Assembly: GCA_051887355.1 (NCBI GenBank)
Contig: JBJEZK010000007.1
Span: 3,497 to 67,496 of the forward strand
Direction of reading: 5' to 3'
Source of the DNA: Acutalibacteraceae bacterium
GTDB taxonomy: Bacteria > Bacillota > Clostridia > Oscillospirales > Acutalibacteraceae
Length of the DNA stretch: 64,000 nt
Positions 34,319 through 44,532 of this stretch are shown one piece after another. The position numbers and the translations under genes were made by a program. Below the pieces are notes generated by a model that had not been told where the DNA came from, searched no databases, and was given only the letters and a program-made list of their open reading frames with translations. The stretch's first letter is position 1. Each line of letters opens with the position of its first letter.

Positions 34319-35179
34319 ATGACGTGGAAAGAACTGTATATCAAAACTGTTGATAGTTTAAGAAAGTTGGAAATAGAAGAGAATAAGTCGGAAGCAGATA
34401 TAATATTTGAAGATTATTTTGGTATGGATAAAATAAAAATTATTTTGCAAGGTAACGAAAAAACTTCTGAGAATGCAATTACTAAGATAAACGAAATATT
34501 AGCCAAAAGAGAAAAGGGAATACCGATACAGTACATATTGGGAGAGTGGAATTTTAGAAATTTAAAGTTCAAAGTCGGAGAAGGAGTTCTTATTCCTCGA
34601 GATGACACGAATGTTCTGATAGATGCTGTAAGTGAATTTTTAAAGTTTAAAAATAATCCTTGTATAATCGATTTGTGCAGTGGCAGTGGGTGTGTGGCAA
34701 TTTCTCTGGAAAAAGAATTAATTCTTCAGAATCCTGAAGTTTTTGGAGTTGAACTTTCCGAGCAAGCTCTTGGCTATTTTAAAAATAATATTGAAATCAA
34801 TCATAGCCGGGTTAAGGCGATTAGCGGTGATATCTTAAAAGTTTATAGTGAATTTTGCGACGAAAAATTTGATGCTGTAATATCAAATCCGCCTTATATT
34901 AGAACGAGCGAGATTGAAAATTTACAGAAGGAAGTTAAATTAGAACCAAAAATAGCACTTGACGGCGGGGAAGACGGACTTTATTTCTATAAAAGTATTT
35001 GTAAAAATTGGATTTCTAAGCTTAAGGCAGGTGGAATAATGGCACTCGAGATAGGTTTAGGCCAGGAAAATGAAGTTAAAAAATTGATGGAAAAGTCGGG
35101 ATTGTATTGCATAAAAACTTACAAAGATATAAATAATATTGTTAGAGCAATTAGCGGAATAAAAAAAGCGGCACTTTAA
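34319..35179 (+). CDS. prmC: Release-factor glutamine methyltransferase PrmC (HemK)
   Basis: 'IQYILGEWNF', 'DLCSGSGC' and 'SNPPYI' motifs. Confidence 0.9.
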   Translation: MTWKELYIKTVDSLRKLEIEENKSEADIIFEDYFGMDKIKIILQGNEKTSENAITKINEILAKREKGIPIQYILGEWNFRNLKFKVGEGVLIPRDDTNVLIDAVSEFLKFKNNPCIIDLCSGSGCVAISLEKELILQNPEVFGVELSEQALGYFKNNIEINHSRVKAISGDILKVYSEFCDEKFDAVISNPPYIRTSEIENLQKEVKLEPKIALDGGEDGLYFYKSICKNWISKLKAGGIMALEIGLGQENEVKKLMEKSGLYCIKTYKDINNIVRAISGIKKAAL

Positions 35180-35193
35180 GAAGTGCCGTTTTC
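35161..35193. terminator. Bidirectional terminator between prmC (+) and tgt (-)
   Basis: CGGCACTT / AAGTGCCG stem flanked by an A-run and a T-run. The 5' arm overlaps the last prmC codons. Confidence 0.75.
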
Positions 35194-35197
35194 GTAA

Positions 35198-36316
<1,119 letters not shown>

Positions 36317-36400
36317 CTAAACATCTCCATTTTATATTGATAATTATTTTAAATTAAAGTATTGTAAATTTATAATTTTTAATTGAAGGGTTTGATATTG

Positions 36401-36808
36401 ATGATAAAAGCGTTTTTGGCTATAAAATATTACGAAGACATGAGAAACAAAGGGTTGATAGAAGAAATATACTCGGCTTTAAAATTTCAAAATATAGAAA
36501 CTTTTGTTTTCGCAAAAAATATCCAAAATTACGGACCTTGCACGATGCCGGGCGCAGAAGTAATGAAGATAGCTTTTGATACTATAAAATCTTCGGATAT
36601 TTTTATAATTGATGCTTCTGAATTAAGCATAGGAATCGGCGTGGAAGCCGGGGTGGCTTATTCCAACGGTATACCGATATACCTAATTGCCAATAAAAAT
36701 TCATACGTTTCAGATTCCATAAAAGGGATTTCCGAAAAAATTTTTTTGTATAATCATCCCAAAGAAATTCAAAACTTTGAAATTAATTATAAATCATGTC
36801 TTTCATAG
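36401..36808 (+). CDS. Nucleoside 2-deoxyribosyltransferase-like fold protein (tentative), 135 aa
   Basis: Pattern 'IKSSDIFIIDASELSIGIGVEAGVAYSNGIPIYLI' resembles the conserved D/E-G-x-x-x-E-x-G core of the NDT/DUF4406-type fold. Weak call. Confidence 0.35.
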   Translation: MIKAFLAIKYYEDMRNKGLIEEIYSALKFQNIETFVFAKNIQNYGPCTMPGAEVMKIAFDTIKSSDIFIIDASELSIGIGVEAGVAYSNGIPIYLIANKNSYVSDSIKGISEKIFLYNHPKEIQNFEINYKSCLS

Positions 36809-37535
36809 TATAAAATCCAGGAAGCTTGTCCTGCAAGAAATATGCGGCTTTTAATGCACCATTTGCAAAAATATCACGTGATTCGGCATGATGAGAAATA
36901 GTTATCACTTCTTTGTTTCCGGCAAATATAATTTCGTGGTCTCCGGGAATTGTGCCTCCTCGCAGAGAATGGATCCCTATTTCGCTTTTTTCTCTTGGTC
37001 TGCGAATTGAGCTGCGATCATAGATAAATTTTTTATGGTTTTTGCATGTTTGCGATATTTCTTCAGCTATCATAAGCGCCGTTCCGCTCGGAGCATCTAT
37101 TTTTTGATTATGATGTTTTTCTATTATCTCTACGTCAAAATCTTTCTCTAGGACTTCAGTGGCTTTTTTAGCTAGCTCAATCAGCAAATTCACGCCCAAA
37201 GACATATTTCTTGAATAGAAAATGGGTACATTTTTAGAAATTTCCTTAATTTTTTCAACTTGCTCATCGCTGAATCCCGTGGTGCATAAAACCGCAGGAG
37301 TAGCGGTTTTCGTTGAATATTTAAGTATAGAATCAAGTGCAGAAGGATGAGAAAAGTCTATTATTGCATCGGCTTTTTCTTTTATATCACCTATAGAATT
37401 GTAAACCGTGAAAGCTTTATTTGAATCTGTTACTTTGTCTACTCCTGCTAAAATTGTGCAATTATCATAATTTTTTGCAGCATCAATAATTGCTTTTCCC
37501 ATTTTTCCGTTACATCCGCAAATTATAATTTTCAT
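36783..37535 (-). CDS. dapB: 4-hydroxy-tetrahydrodipicolinate reductase
   Basis: 'IIICGCNGKMGK' Rossmann start and 'EKHHNQKIDAPSGTA' signature. Confidence 0.95.
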   Translation of the reverse strand: MKIIICGCNGKMGKAIIDAAKNYDNCTILAGVDKVTDSNKAFTVYNSIGDIKEKADAIIDFSHPSALDSILKYSTKTATPAVLCTTGFSDEQVEKIKEISKNVPIFYSRNMSLGVNLLIELAKKATEVLEKDFDVEIIEKHHNQKIDAPSGTALMIAEEISQTCKNHKKFIYDRSSIRRPREKSEIGIHSLRGGTIPGDHEIIFAGNKEVITISHHAESRDIFANGALKAAYFLQDKLPGFYTMKDMIYN

Positions 37536-37544
37536 AATCGTCCT

Positions 37545-37571
37545 GGCCGTTAATTAATTTTTTTAACGGCC
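37545..37571 (-). other. Intercistronic 9-bp GC-rich hairpin between dapA and dapB
   Basis: GGCCGTTAA ... TTAACGGCC is a perfect inverted repeat. On the coding (minus) strand no T-run follows, and it ends 9 nt before the dapB ATG. Confidence 0.5.
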
Positions 37572-37589
37572 TTTTTCACCATCCGTATT

Positions 37590-38477
37590 TTAAATTATTG
37601 AGTATTTTTGCAATACATTTACCAAGTATTTGTAATTTTTTTCATTTAATTTATAAAGAGGAAGTCTGCATGGGCCGCACTTGTATCCTTTTAGATTAAG
37701 GGCTTCTTTGACCGGTATCGGATTAACGTCGCAGAACATGGAGTTCATGAGTTCCAAATATTTTATTTGCATGCGAGTACTTATTTCTGTATTGCCGTCA
37801 AAAAATTCTTTGATTAATGTATGGCATTCTCTTGGGCATATGTTTGAAAATACCGAAATTACTCCTATGCCGCCGAGAGATAAGATAGGCACGATTTGAT
37901 CATCATTTCCTGAGTAAACGCTAAGATTATTTCCGCAAAGTGAAATTGTTTTTGCAACCGATGAAATATCTCCGTTGGCTTCTTTTACTGCGCATATATT
38001 TGGATGTTTTGAAAGTTCCAAATAAGTTTCGGGTTTTATATTGACACCTGTTCTGGACGGAACATTATATAGAATTATAGGGATGTGCACTCTATCTGCA
38101 ATGTATGTATAGTGATTTATGATTCCTTCCTGAGAGGTTTTGTTATAATATGGTGTGACAATCAGAAGGCCGTCAACACCCAAATTTTCGGCTTCCAGGG
38201 AACGTTTCAGAGCTGTTTTGGTACAGTTACTTCCGGTTCCTGCTATCACCGGTATTCTTCCCGAAACTTTTTTTACAGTGAAATCCACTATCTTATGATG
38301 TTCCTCGTCTGATAGAGTGGCCGATTCTCCTGTTGTTCCGCAAGTTATAATTGCATCGGTTCCGCTAGAAATTTGAAATTCTATAAGTTTTTCAAGCTCC
38401 TCGTAATTGACACTTCCGTCATCATTCATAGGAGTCACAAGTGCAACTCCGGCGCCTTTGAAAATGATTTTTTTCAT
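37590..38477 (-). CDS. dapA: 4-hydroxy-tetrahydrodipicolinate synthase
   Basis: 'GTTGESATL', 'YNVPSRTG' and 'VKEANGD' (active-site Lys region). Confidence 0.95.
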   Translation of the reverse strand: MKKIIFKGAGVALVTPMNDDGSVNYEELEKLIEFQISSGTDAIITCGTTGESATLSDEEHHKIVDFTVKKVSGRIPVIAGTGSNCTKTALKRSLEAENLGVDGLLIVTPYYNKTSQEGIINHYTYIADRVHIPIILYNVPSRTGVNIKPETYLELSKHPNICAVKEANGDISSVAKTISLCGNNLSVYSGNDDQIVPILSLGGIGVISVFSNICPRECHTLIKEFFDGNTEISTRMQIKYLELMNSMFCDVNPIPVKEALNLKGYKCGPCRLPLYKLNEKNYKYLVNVLQKYSII

Positions 38478-38496
38478 AATGAAAATACCTCCGATT

Positions 38497-39621
38497 TTAT
38501 AATTTTTTATCTATATAGCCTTCACGACAGAGCATTTCTGCAAGCAATATTGCGCCTCCTGCAGCTCCTCGCACCGTGTTATGACTCATACATACGAATT
38601 TTATGTCGTATTGAGAATCTTCTCTGATTCTGCCTATGCTTATTCCCATACCATTTTCTAAATTTCGATCTAATTTTATTTGAGGACGAGAAGGGTCCTC
38701 GAAATAATGGATAAATTGATTTGTAGAGCTTGGTAAATTTTGACTTTTTTCATGTCCTTTGAAATTTGTAATTTTTTTGATTGCTTCTTTTATGTCGGGA
38801 GCATTTTCGAAAGAAGCAAATACAGCAGCGGTATGGCCGTCGCTTACCGGCACCCTAAGGCATTGCGAAGTTATTTTGATTTCAGAGTTAAGGACTATTT
38901 TTTCTCTCTTGATTTCTCCCCAAATTTTCAGAGGCTCGATTTCAGATTTTTCTTCTTCGCCACTTATGTATGGAATTATATTATCCTTCATTTCGGGCCA
39001 GGTGTCAAAATTTTTTCCTGCGCCGGAAATCGCTTGGTATGTACAAACCAAAATATCTTTGATTCCAAATTCAAAAAGAGGGTGAAGTGCAGGTACATAG
39101 CATTGAATGGAACAATTCGATTTTACGGCAATAAATCCACGTTTGGTTTTTAGCCTTCTTTTTTGGTACGGAATGATATTGATGTGGTCTGCGTTTATTT
39201 CAGGAATTATCATAGGAACATCTTCCGCCATACGATTTGCGCTGTTATTTGAAATCACAGGACACTCCAATTTTGCGTATGTTTCTTCCAGTTCTTTTAT
39301 CTTATTTTTATCCATGCTTAGAGCGCAAAATACAAAGTCAACTTCTGAAGCTATTTTTTTTGCATCTTTTATAGCGTCTGCAAGAATTAAATTCTTACAT
39401 TTTTCAGGTATGGGAGATCCCATTATCCATCTTTTATCCACAGCTTCTTCAAATGTTTTCCCTGCGGAATTTGCACTTGCGGCAAGCATCTTTATTTCGA
39501 ACCACGGGTGGTTTTCCAGCAAAGTTATAAATTTTTGGCCTACAGTTCCCGTAGCGCCAAGTATTCCGATATTGTATTTATTCATAATTTTTTTGAGCTT
39601 AATAAATAAAATTTTGCTCAA
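38497..39621 (-). CDS. asd: Aspartate-semialdehyde dehydrogenase
   Basis: 'GILGATGTVGQ' and the active-site 'SNCSIQC'. Start is ambiguous: TTG at 39621, 7 nt after GAAGG, or ATG at 39585. Confidence 0.9.
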   Translation of the reverse strand: MSKILFIKLKKIMNKYNIGILGATGTVGQKFITLLENHPWFEIKMLAASANSAGKTFEEAVDKRWIMGSPIPEKCKNLILADAIKDAKKIASEVDFVFCALSMDKNKIKELEETYAKLECPVISNNSANRMAEDVPMIIPEINADHINIIPYQKRRLKTKRGFIAVKSNCSIQCYVPALHPLFEFGIKDILVCTYQAISGAGKNFDTWPEMKDNIIPYISGEEEKSEIEPLKIWGEIKREKIVLNSEIKITSQCLRVPVSDGHTAAVFASFENAPDIKEAIKKITNFKGHEKSQNLPSSTNQFIHYFEDPSRPQIKLDRNLENGMGISIGRIREDSQYDIKFVCMSHNTVRGAAGGAILLAEMLCREGYIDKKL

Positions 39622-39790
39622 TTCACCGCCTTCTATTTTAACTTTTCTTAATTGCCAGAGTCTTATAATATCATTATATTTAAAACTCTGTCAAATTGAT
39701 TGTTTTGGATTTAAGTTTTTTAGTTTCTTTGTTATAATTACTATATGCTATATTTTATACTTAATTGTATTTGGAGGAAAGTAAATTTTA

Positions 39791-40861
39791 ATGGACAAGA
39801 TTGAGAAAAAAGAAAGCAAGTTAAACAATAAAAGTGATTTTGACTATTATTTGCCCGAGGAACTCATTGCTCAAAGGCCATTGGAGCCCAGAGATTCTTC
39901 AAGATTGATGGTTTTAAATAAAAAGAGCGGAGAAATTAATCATGACCACTTTTTTAATCTTACAAAATATTTATCACCGGGCGACTGCTTGATTTTGAAC
40001 GATTCCAAAGTTCTTCCGGCAAGAATTTTTGGAAAAAACAAATCTACAGGATATGTAGTTGAGTTTTTGCTTTTGAAGCATATGGAAAATAATTTGTGGG
40101 AAACCCTTGTCAAGCCCGGCAAAAAGGCAAAAGTCGGATTTGAATTTGTTTTTGAAAGCGAAAGCGGAGAAAAAATTTTAGAATCAGAAATAGTAGATAT
40201 TCTTGATGACGGAAATAGAGTGTTACGATTCAAAAATACCGAAAATTTTTTTGGCAATTTAGAAAAAACAGGTCAGATGCCTCTTCCGCCATATATAAAG
40301 GAAAAGCTCAAAGATAAAGACAGGTATCAAACTGTTTACGCAAAGGATTTAGGGTCTGCCGCTGCACCTACAGCGGGTCTGCATTTTACTCCGGAGCTTC
40401 TTGAAAAAATAAAACAGATGGGCGTAAATGTAGGCTATGTTACTCTACATGTGGGGCTGGGAACTTTTAGGCCTGTAAAAGAAGAAAATATAGAAAATCA
40501 CAAAATGCATTCAGAATTTTTTATTATGCCTCAATCTACTGCTGAATTAATAAACCGTACCAAATCCGGTGGAGGCAAGGTTATTTCGGTGGGAACCACA
40601 AGTTGTAGAGTTCTTGAGTCTGTTTATAAAAAATATGGGGAAGTCAGAGCATGTGAAGAATCTACAGAAATATTTATAAAACCGGGTTACGAATTTGGAG
40701 TTATTGATGCATTGATTACAAATTTTCATCTTCCCGAAAGCACGCTTATTATGTTGGTATCTGCTTTTGCGGGTTACGAAAGCACCATGAATGCTTATAA
40801 AGTTGCAGTTGAAGAAAAATATAGATTTTTCAGTTTCGGAGATTCCATGATAATAGTTTAG
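39791..40861 (+). CDS. queA: S-adenosylmethionine:tRNA ribosyltransferase-isomerase
   Basis: '[26 protein letters not shown]', '[10 protein letters not shown]', '[10 protein letters not shown]', 'FHLPESTL'. Confidence 0.95.
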   Translation: MDKIEKKESKLNNKSDFDYYLPEELIAQRPLEPRDSSRLMVLNKKSGEINHDHFFNLTKYLSPGDCLILNDSKVLPARIFGKNKSTGYVVEFLLLKHMENNLWETLVKPGKKAKVGFEFVFESESGEKILESEIVDILDDGNRVLRFKNTENFFGNLEKTGQMPLPPYIKEKLKDKDRYQTVYAKDLGSAAAPTAGLHFTPELLEKIKQMGVNVGYVTLHVGLGTFRPVKEENIENHKMHSEFFIMPQSTAELINRTKSGGGKVISVGTTSCRVLESVYKKYGEVRACEESTEIFIKPGYEFGVIDALITNFHLPESTLIMLVSAFAGYESTMNAYKVAVEEKYRFFSFGDSMIIV

Positions 40862-40894
40862 GATATATTTGAAACCATTAATGTAAAAAATATC

Positions 40895-40923
40895 TTGATT
40901 TTCAAACTGTTTTGTGTTATATT
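40895..40923 (+). promoter_or_regulatory. Sigma-A promoter of rpsB-tsf
   Basis: TTGATT, 17 nt spacer, TATATT, with an extended -10 TG. A roughly 100-nt leader follows that is GC-richer than its surroundings. Confidence 0.6.
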
Positions 40924-41021
40924 TTAAAATGTTGACTACACACGTCGGGGAAATACAAAATACACAGGTGGCGCAAAAGCGCTTTAGCTCCGGCGGAGGA
41001 AAAAACCAAGGAGGAATATTA

Positions 41022-41795
41022 ATGCCAGTAGTATCAATGAAACAATTGTTAGAAGCAGGTGTTCATTTCGGGCATCAAACACGCAGATGGAATCCTAAAA
41101 TGGCGGAGTATATTTTTACGGAGCGTAATGGTATTTACATTATCGATCTTCAAAAAACCGTAAAAAAACTTGACGAAGCTTATAATTTCATCAAAAAAAT
41201 CACCGAAGAAGGAAAATCGGTATTATTTGTAGGCACAAAAAAGCAGGCTCAAGAGTCTGTGAAATCCGAAGCAATTAAGTCGGGCTCTTATTTTGTTAAT
41301 GCAAGATGGCTTGGCGGAATGCTTACAAACTTCTCTACAATCCGCAAAAGAGTGGGAAGATTGAATCAACTTAAAGCAATGGAAGAAGATGGAACTTTTA
41401 CTCTTTTACCAAAAAAAGAAGTTGTTAAATTACGCCTTGAGATAGAAAAATTAGAGAAATTTCTTGGCGGTGTTAAGGATATGAAAGAACTTCCTGGCGC
41501 ACTTTTTGTGGTTGACCCCAAAAAGGAAAGAATTGCGATTGCAGAAGCCAGAAAACTTGATATACCGGTTGTTGCCATTGTTGACACCAACTGCGATCCT
41601 GATGCGGCTGACTACGTCATTCCCGGTAACGACGACGCAATACGAGCGGTTAAATTGATTTGTTCTGCTATTTCACAAGCTATAATCGAAGGTAAAGAAG
41701 GCGAAATATCTGAATCTTCTGAAGAAGTTACAGTGGATACGGAACTCGAAGAACAAATGTTAGCCAGCGATATAGTTGAAGAAGTTGAAAAATAA
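41022..41795 (+). CDS. rpsB: 30S ribosomal protein S2
   Basis: '[22 protein letters not shown]'. AAGGAGG RBS. Acidic C-terminal tail. Confidence 0.97.
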   Translation: MPVVSMKQLLEAGVHFGHQTRRWNPKMAEYIFTERNGIYIIDLQKTVKKLDEAYNFIKKITEEGKSVLFVGTKKQAQESVKSEAIKSGSYFVNARWLGGMLTNFSTIRKRVGRLNQLKAMEEDGTFTLLPKKEVVKLRLEIEKLEKFLGGVKDMKELPGALFVVDPKKERIAIAEARKLDIPVVAIVDTNCDPDAADYVIPGNDDAIRAVKLICSAISQAIIEGKEGEISESSEEVTVDTELEEQMLASDIVEEVEK

Positions 41796-41886
41796 TTTGT
41801 TAAGATTATAAAATCGGAATCTTTGTCGAGTTTTTTCGGCAAAGTTCGATTTGTTGTATTTATGGTTATAAATGGGAGGAATTGTA

Positions 41887-42801
41887 GTGAATTTTACAGC
41901 TCAAGATGTTAAAAGTTTAAGGGAGAAAACCGGTTGTGGGATGATGGATTGCAAAAAAGCGCTGTCCGAGTCTAATGGCGACATGGAAAAAGCTATCGAT
42001 TTTCTGAGAGAAAAAGGTCTTGCTGCCGCCACTAAAAAATCTTCAAGGGTTGCCGCTGAAGGATTAGCGATGGCTTATACAAAAGAGGACTCTAGTGTTG
42101 GTGTTGCCATAGAAGTTAATTCTGAGACCGATTTTGTAGCAAAAAATGCGGATTTTCAATCGTTTGTAAAAGTCTGTGGAGAAACGGTAATGGAAAAAAA
42201 TCCTTCTACCGTAGAAGAATTAATGAAAATTACTCTTCCTAGCGGAAAAACTGTTGAAGAATTGCTTCAAGAAAAAATTTTGACCATAGGTGAAAACTTG
42301 AAGATAAGACGTTTCCAACGTTTTGACGGAACAGTTGCGGGATATGTTCACGCTGGCGGAAAAATTGGTGTGTTGGTGAAATTTGACATAGAAAACAAAG
42401 AACTTTCACAAACAGAAGAGTTCAAAAACTATGCCAAAGATGTTGCTATGCAGATTGCGGCAGCAAACCCGTTGTATTTAAATCCTTCGGATGTCCCTGC
42501 CGAAACGATTGAACACGAGAGAAAAATTTTAAAAGAACAAATAGTGAATGACGGAAAACCCGAAAATATTGCTGAAAAAATTGTGGAAGGCAGAATTGGA
42601 AAATATTACAAAGAAGTATGCCTTAATAAACAAATTTTTGTTAAAGATAGCAACGTTAATATCGAAGAGTACACAGATAAAATTTCTAAAAATATTGGAA
42701 CTAAAATTTCTATAAATAATTTTGTTAGATTTGAAAAAGGCGAGGGAATCGAGAAAAAAGCGGACGATTTTGCTAGCGAAGTTGCAGGTATGATAAAATA
42801 A
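41887..42801 (+). CDS. tsf: Elongation factor Ts
   Basis: GTG start 7 nt after GGGAGG. 'VKSLREKTGCGMMDCKKAL' UBA-like N-terminus. Confidence 0.95.
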   Translation: MNFTAQDVKSLREKTGCGMMDCKKALSESNGDMEKAIDFLREKGLAAATKKSSRVAAEGLAMAYTKEDSSVGVAIEVNSETDFVAKNADFQSFVKVCGETVMEKNPSTVEELMKITLPSGKTVEELLQEKILTIGENLKIRRFQRFDGTVAGYVHAGGKIGVLVKFDIENKELSQTEEFKNYAKDVAMQIAAANPLYLNPSDVPAETIEHERKILKEQIVNDGKPENIAEKIVEGRIGKYYKEVCLNKQIFVKDSNVNIEEYTDKISKNIGTKISINNFVRFEKGEGIEKKADDFASEVAGMIK

Positions 42802-42852
42802 TTTAGATTGTATTTTCGTAACTTTTGGCGTGAAGCCGGAGGATTCCTATTT

Positions 42853-44145
42853 ATGTTTGAACTAGAAACGAGATATGTAGATAAATTTATAGATGACGAA
42901 TATTTGAAAAAATTTAACAAAAAAGTTAAATTGATTAGTAAAGAATTGCACAAAGATTGTAATAACGAAGTTGATTACAGAGGCTGGATTGATTTGCCGG
43001 TTAATATTTCCAAAGAAGAGATTGAAGATATACAAATGTCGGCAGACAGGATAGTTTCAGATTCGGATGTATTTATAGTCATAGGGGTGGGCGGTTCATA
43101 TTTGGGTGCTGCTGCCGCAATTGATTTTTTACATTCCTCTAATTATAATTATTTGTGCAAAAATACTCCAAAAATCTTTTTTGTGGGCAATAATATGAGC
43201 GAAAGTTACATTTCTGAAATTTTAGAAATATGTCGTTCTAAAGAAGTTTCGGTAAATGTTATTTCTAAATCCGGGGGAACTATTGAACCGGCTGTATCTT
43301 TTAGAATTTTTAAAAATTTTCTAGAGAAAAAATATGGTAAAGATGAAGCAAAAAATAGGATATATTGCACAACAGATCGTGTTGAAGGATCTTTGTTGAA
43401 AATAGCTAAAAAAGAAGGGTACAAAATTTTTAATATCCCACGAAATATCGGAGGACGCTATTCGGTACTTACAGCCGTAGGATTACTTCCCATTTGTGTA
43501 AGCGGTGCAAATATTTCCAAAATTTTGAACGGCGCTCGAGATGCTTATTTTAAATATATGAGCAATAATTTAGTGGAAAATGATTGTTATAAATATGCCC
43601 TGATTAGGAATATTTTGTACAGAAAAAACAAAACTGTGGAATTGATTGTGGGCTATGAACCTAGACTTTCGATGTTTTTCGAATGGTGGAAACAATTGTT
43701 TGGGGAAAGCGAGGGAAAAGCCGGAAAAGGAATTTTTCCCACGTCAGCAATATACTCCCGAGACCTTCATTCTCTTGGACAATTTGTACAAGATGGAAGT
43801 AAAATTTTGTTCGAAACTATTTTAAAATTTAGAAAAAAATCAACAAAGTTAATAATTCCCACAGAAAGCGATGATTTGGATAACCTGAACTATGTGTGTA
43901 AAAATTCAGTGCAACAGATAAATGATATTATTTGTGAAGCTACATTGGAGGCACATACTGCGGGCGGAGTTCCGAATGTAGTTATGTCCGTGGACGATTT
44001 TTCAGAATATAATTTAGGATACTTAATATATTTTTTTGAGAAAGCTTGTGCGGTTTCGGCAAAATTGCTAGGTGTAGATCCTTTTAATCAGCCCGGAGTA
44101 GAAGCTTATAAGTCTAGAATGATTAATATTCTAAAAAATCAATAA
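42853..44145 (+). CDS. pgi: Glucose-6-phosphate isomerase
   Basis: 'GVGGSYLGAAA', 'SKSGGTIEP', 'GGRYSVLTAVGLLP' and 'GESEGK' motifs. ATG after GGAGGA. Confidence 0.93.
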   Translation: MFELETRYVDKFIDDEYLKKFNKKVKLISKELHKDCNNEVDYRGWIDLPVNISKEEIEDIQMSADRIVSDSDVFIVIGVGGSYLGAAAAIDFLHSSNYNYLCKNTPKIFFVGNNMSESYISEILEICRSKEVSVNVISKSGGTIEPAVSFRIFKNFLEKKYGKDEAKNRIYCTTDRVEGSLLKIAKKEGYKIFNIPRNIGGRYSVLTAVGLLPICVSGANISKILNGARDAYFKYMSNNLVENDCYKYALIRNILYRKNKTVELIVGYEPRLSMFFEWWKQLFGESEGKAGKGIFPTSAIYSRDLHSLGQFVQDGSKILFETILKFRKKSTKLIIPTESDDLDNLNYVCKNSVQQINDIICEATLEAHTAGGVPNVVMSVDDFSEYNLGYLIYFFEKACAVSAKLLGVDPFNQPGVEAYKSRMINILKNQ

Positions 44146-44173
44146 TTATATTGTAAAAAAATTAATAAATCAG

Positions 44174-44202
44174 TTGACAAATGTTTAATATAAATGTATA
44201 AT
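44174..44202 (+). promoter_or_regulatory. Consensus sigma-A promoter of rpmF
   Basis: TTGACA, 17 nt spacer, TATAAT. Confidence 0.7.
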
Positions 44203-44258
44203 CAAACTACCGGTTTGTAGACGGATTTTTGGTTGTGTTTAAGAGGAGGTGCCACGTA

Positions 44259-44444
44259 ATGGCAATAGTACCTAAGAGAAAGCATTCAAAAGCAAGAAGA
44301 AATACCAGACGTTCAAATGTTTGGAAGATAGATGCTCCTGCTTTGAGCAGATGTGCGAAATGTGGAGCTTTTAAGCTTATACACAGAGTTTGTAAGTCTT
44401 GCGGCTATTATAAAGGAAGAGAAGTTATTAAAGTGGAAGCGTAG
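44259..44444 (+). CDS. rpmF: 50S ribosomal protein L32
   Basis: 'MAIVPKRKHSKARRNTRRS' and the zinc ribbon 'CAKCG...CKSCG'. AGAGGAGG RBS. Confidence 0.95.
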   Translation: MAIVPKRKHSKARRNTRRSNVWKIDAPALSRCAKCGAFKLIHRVCKSCGYYKGREVIKVEA

Positions 44445-44532
44445 TTGCTTTGTACTATAGAGGTATGGTAGAGGAGGAGTGATCCTTCTCTATTTTCTTC
44501 AGAAACTAATATATAAATCAGGATGTGAAAAA

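Noticed and set aside
39107-39784. 225-aa ORF on the plus strand, the longest unassigned ORF in the track
   Set aside because: It lies entirely antisense to asd, whose Rossmann and active-site motifs are unambiguous. Its translation is Phe/Ile/Ser-rich, low-complexity pseudo-membrane sequence, which is typical of the reverse frame of AT-rich genes. It has no RBS.
39622-39790. Looked for a lysine (L-box) riboswitch ahead of asd-dapA-dapB
   Set aside because: The leader is at most about 45 nt after the plausible promoter (TTGACA-18-TATTAT on the minus strand). It is far too short and AT-rich to hold an L-box of about 180 nt.
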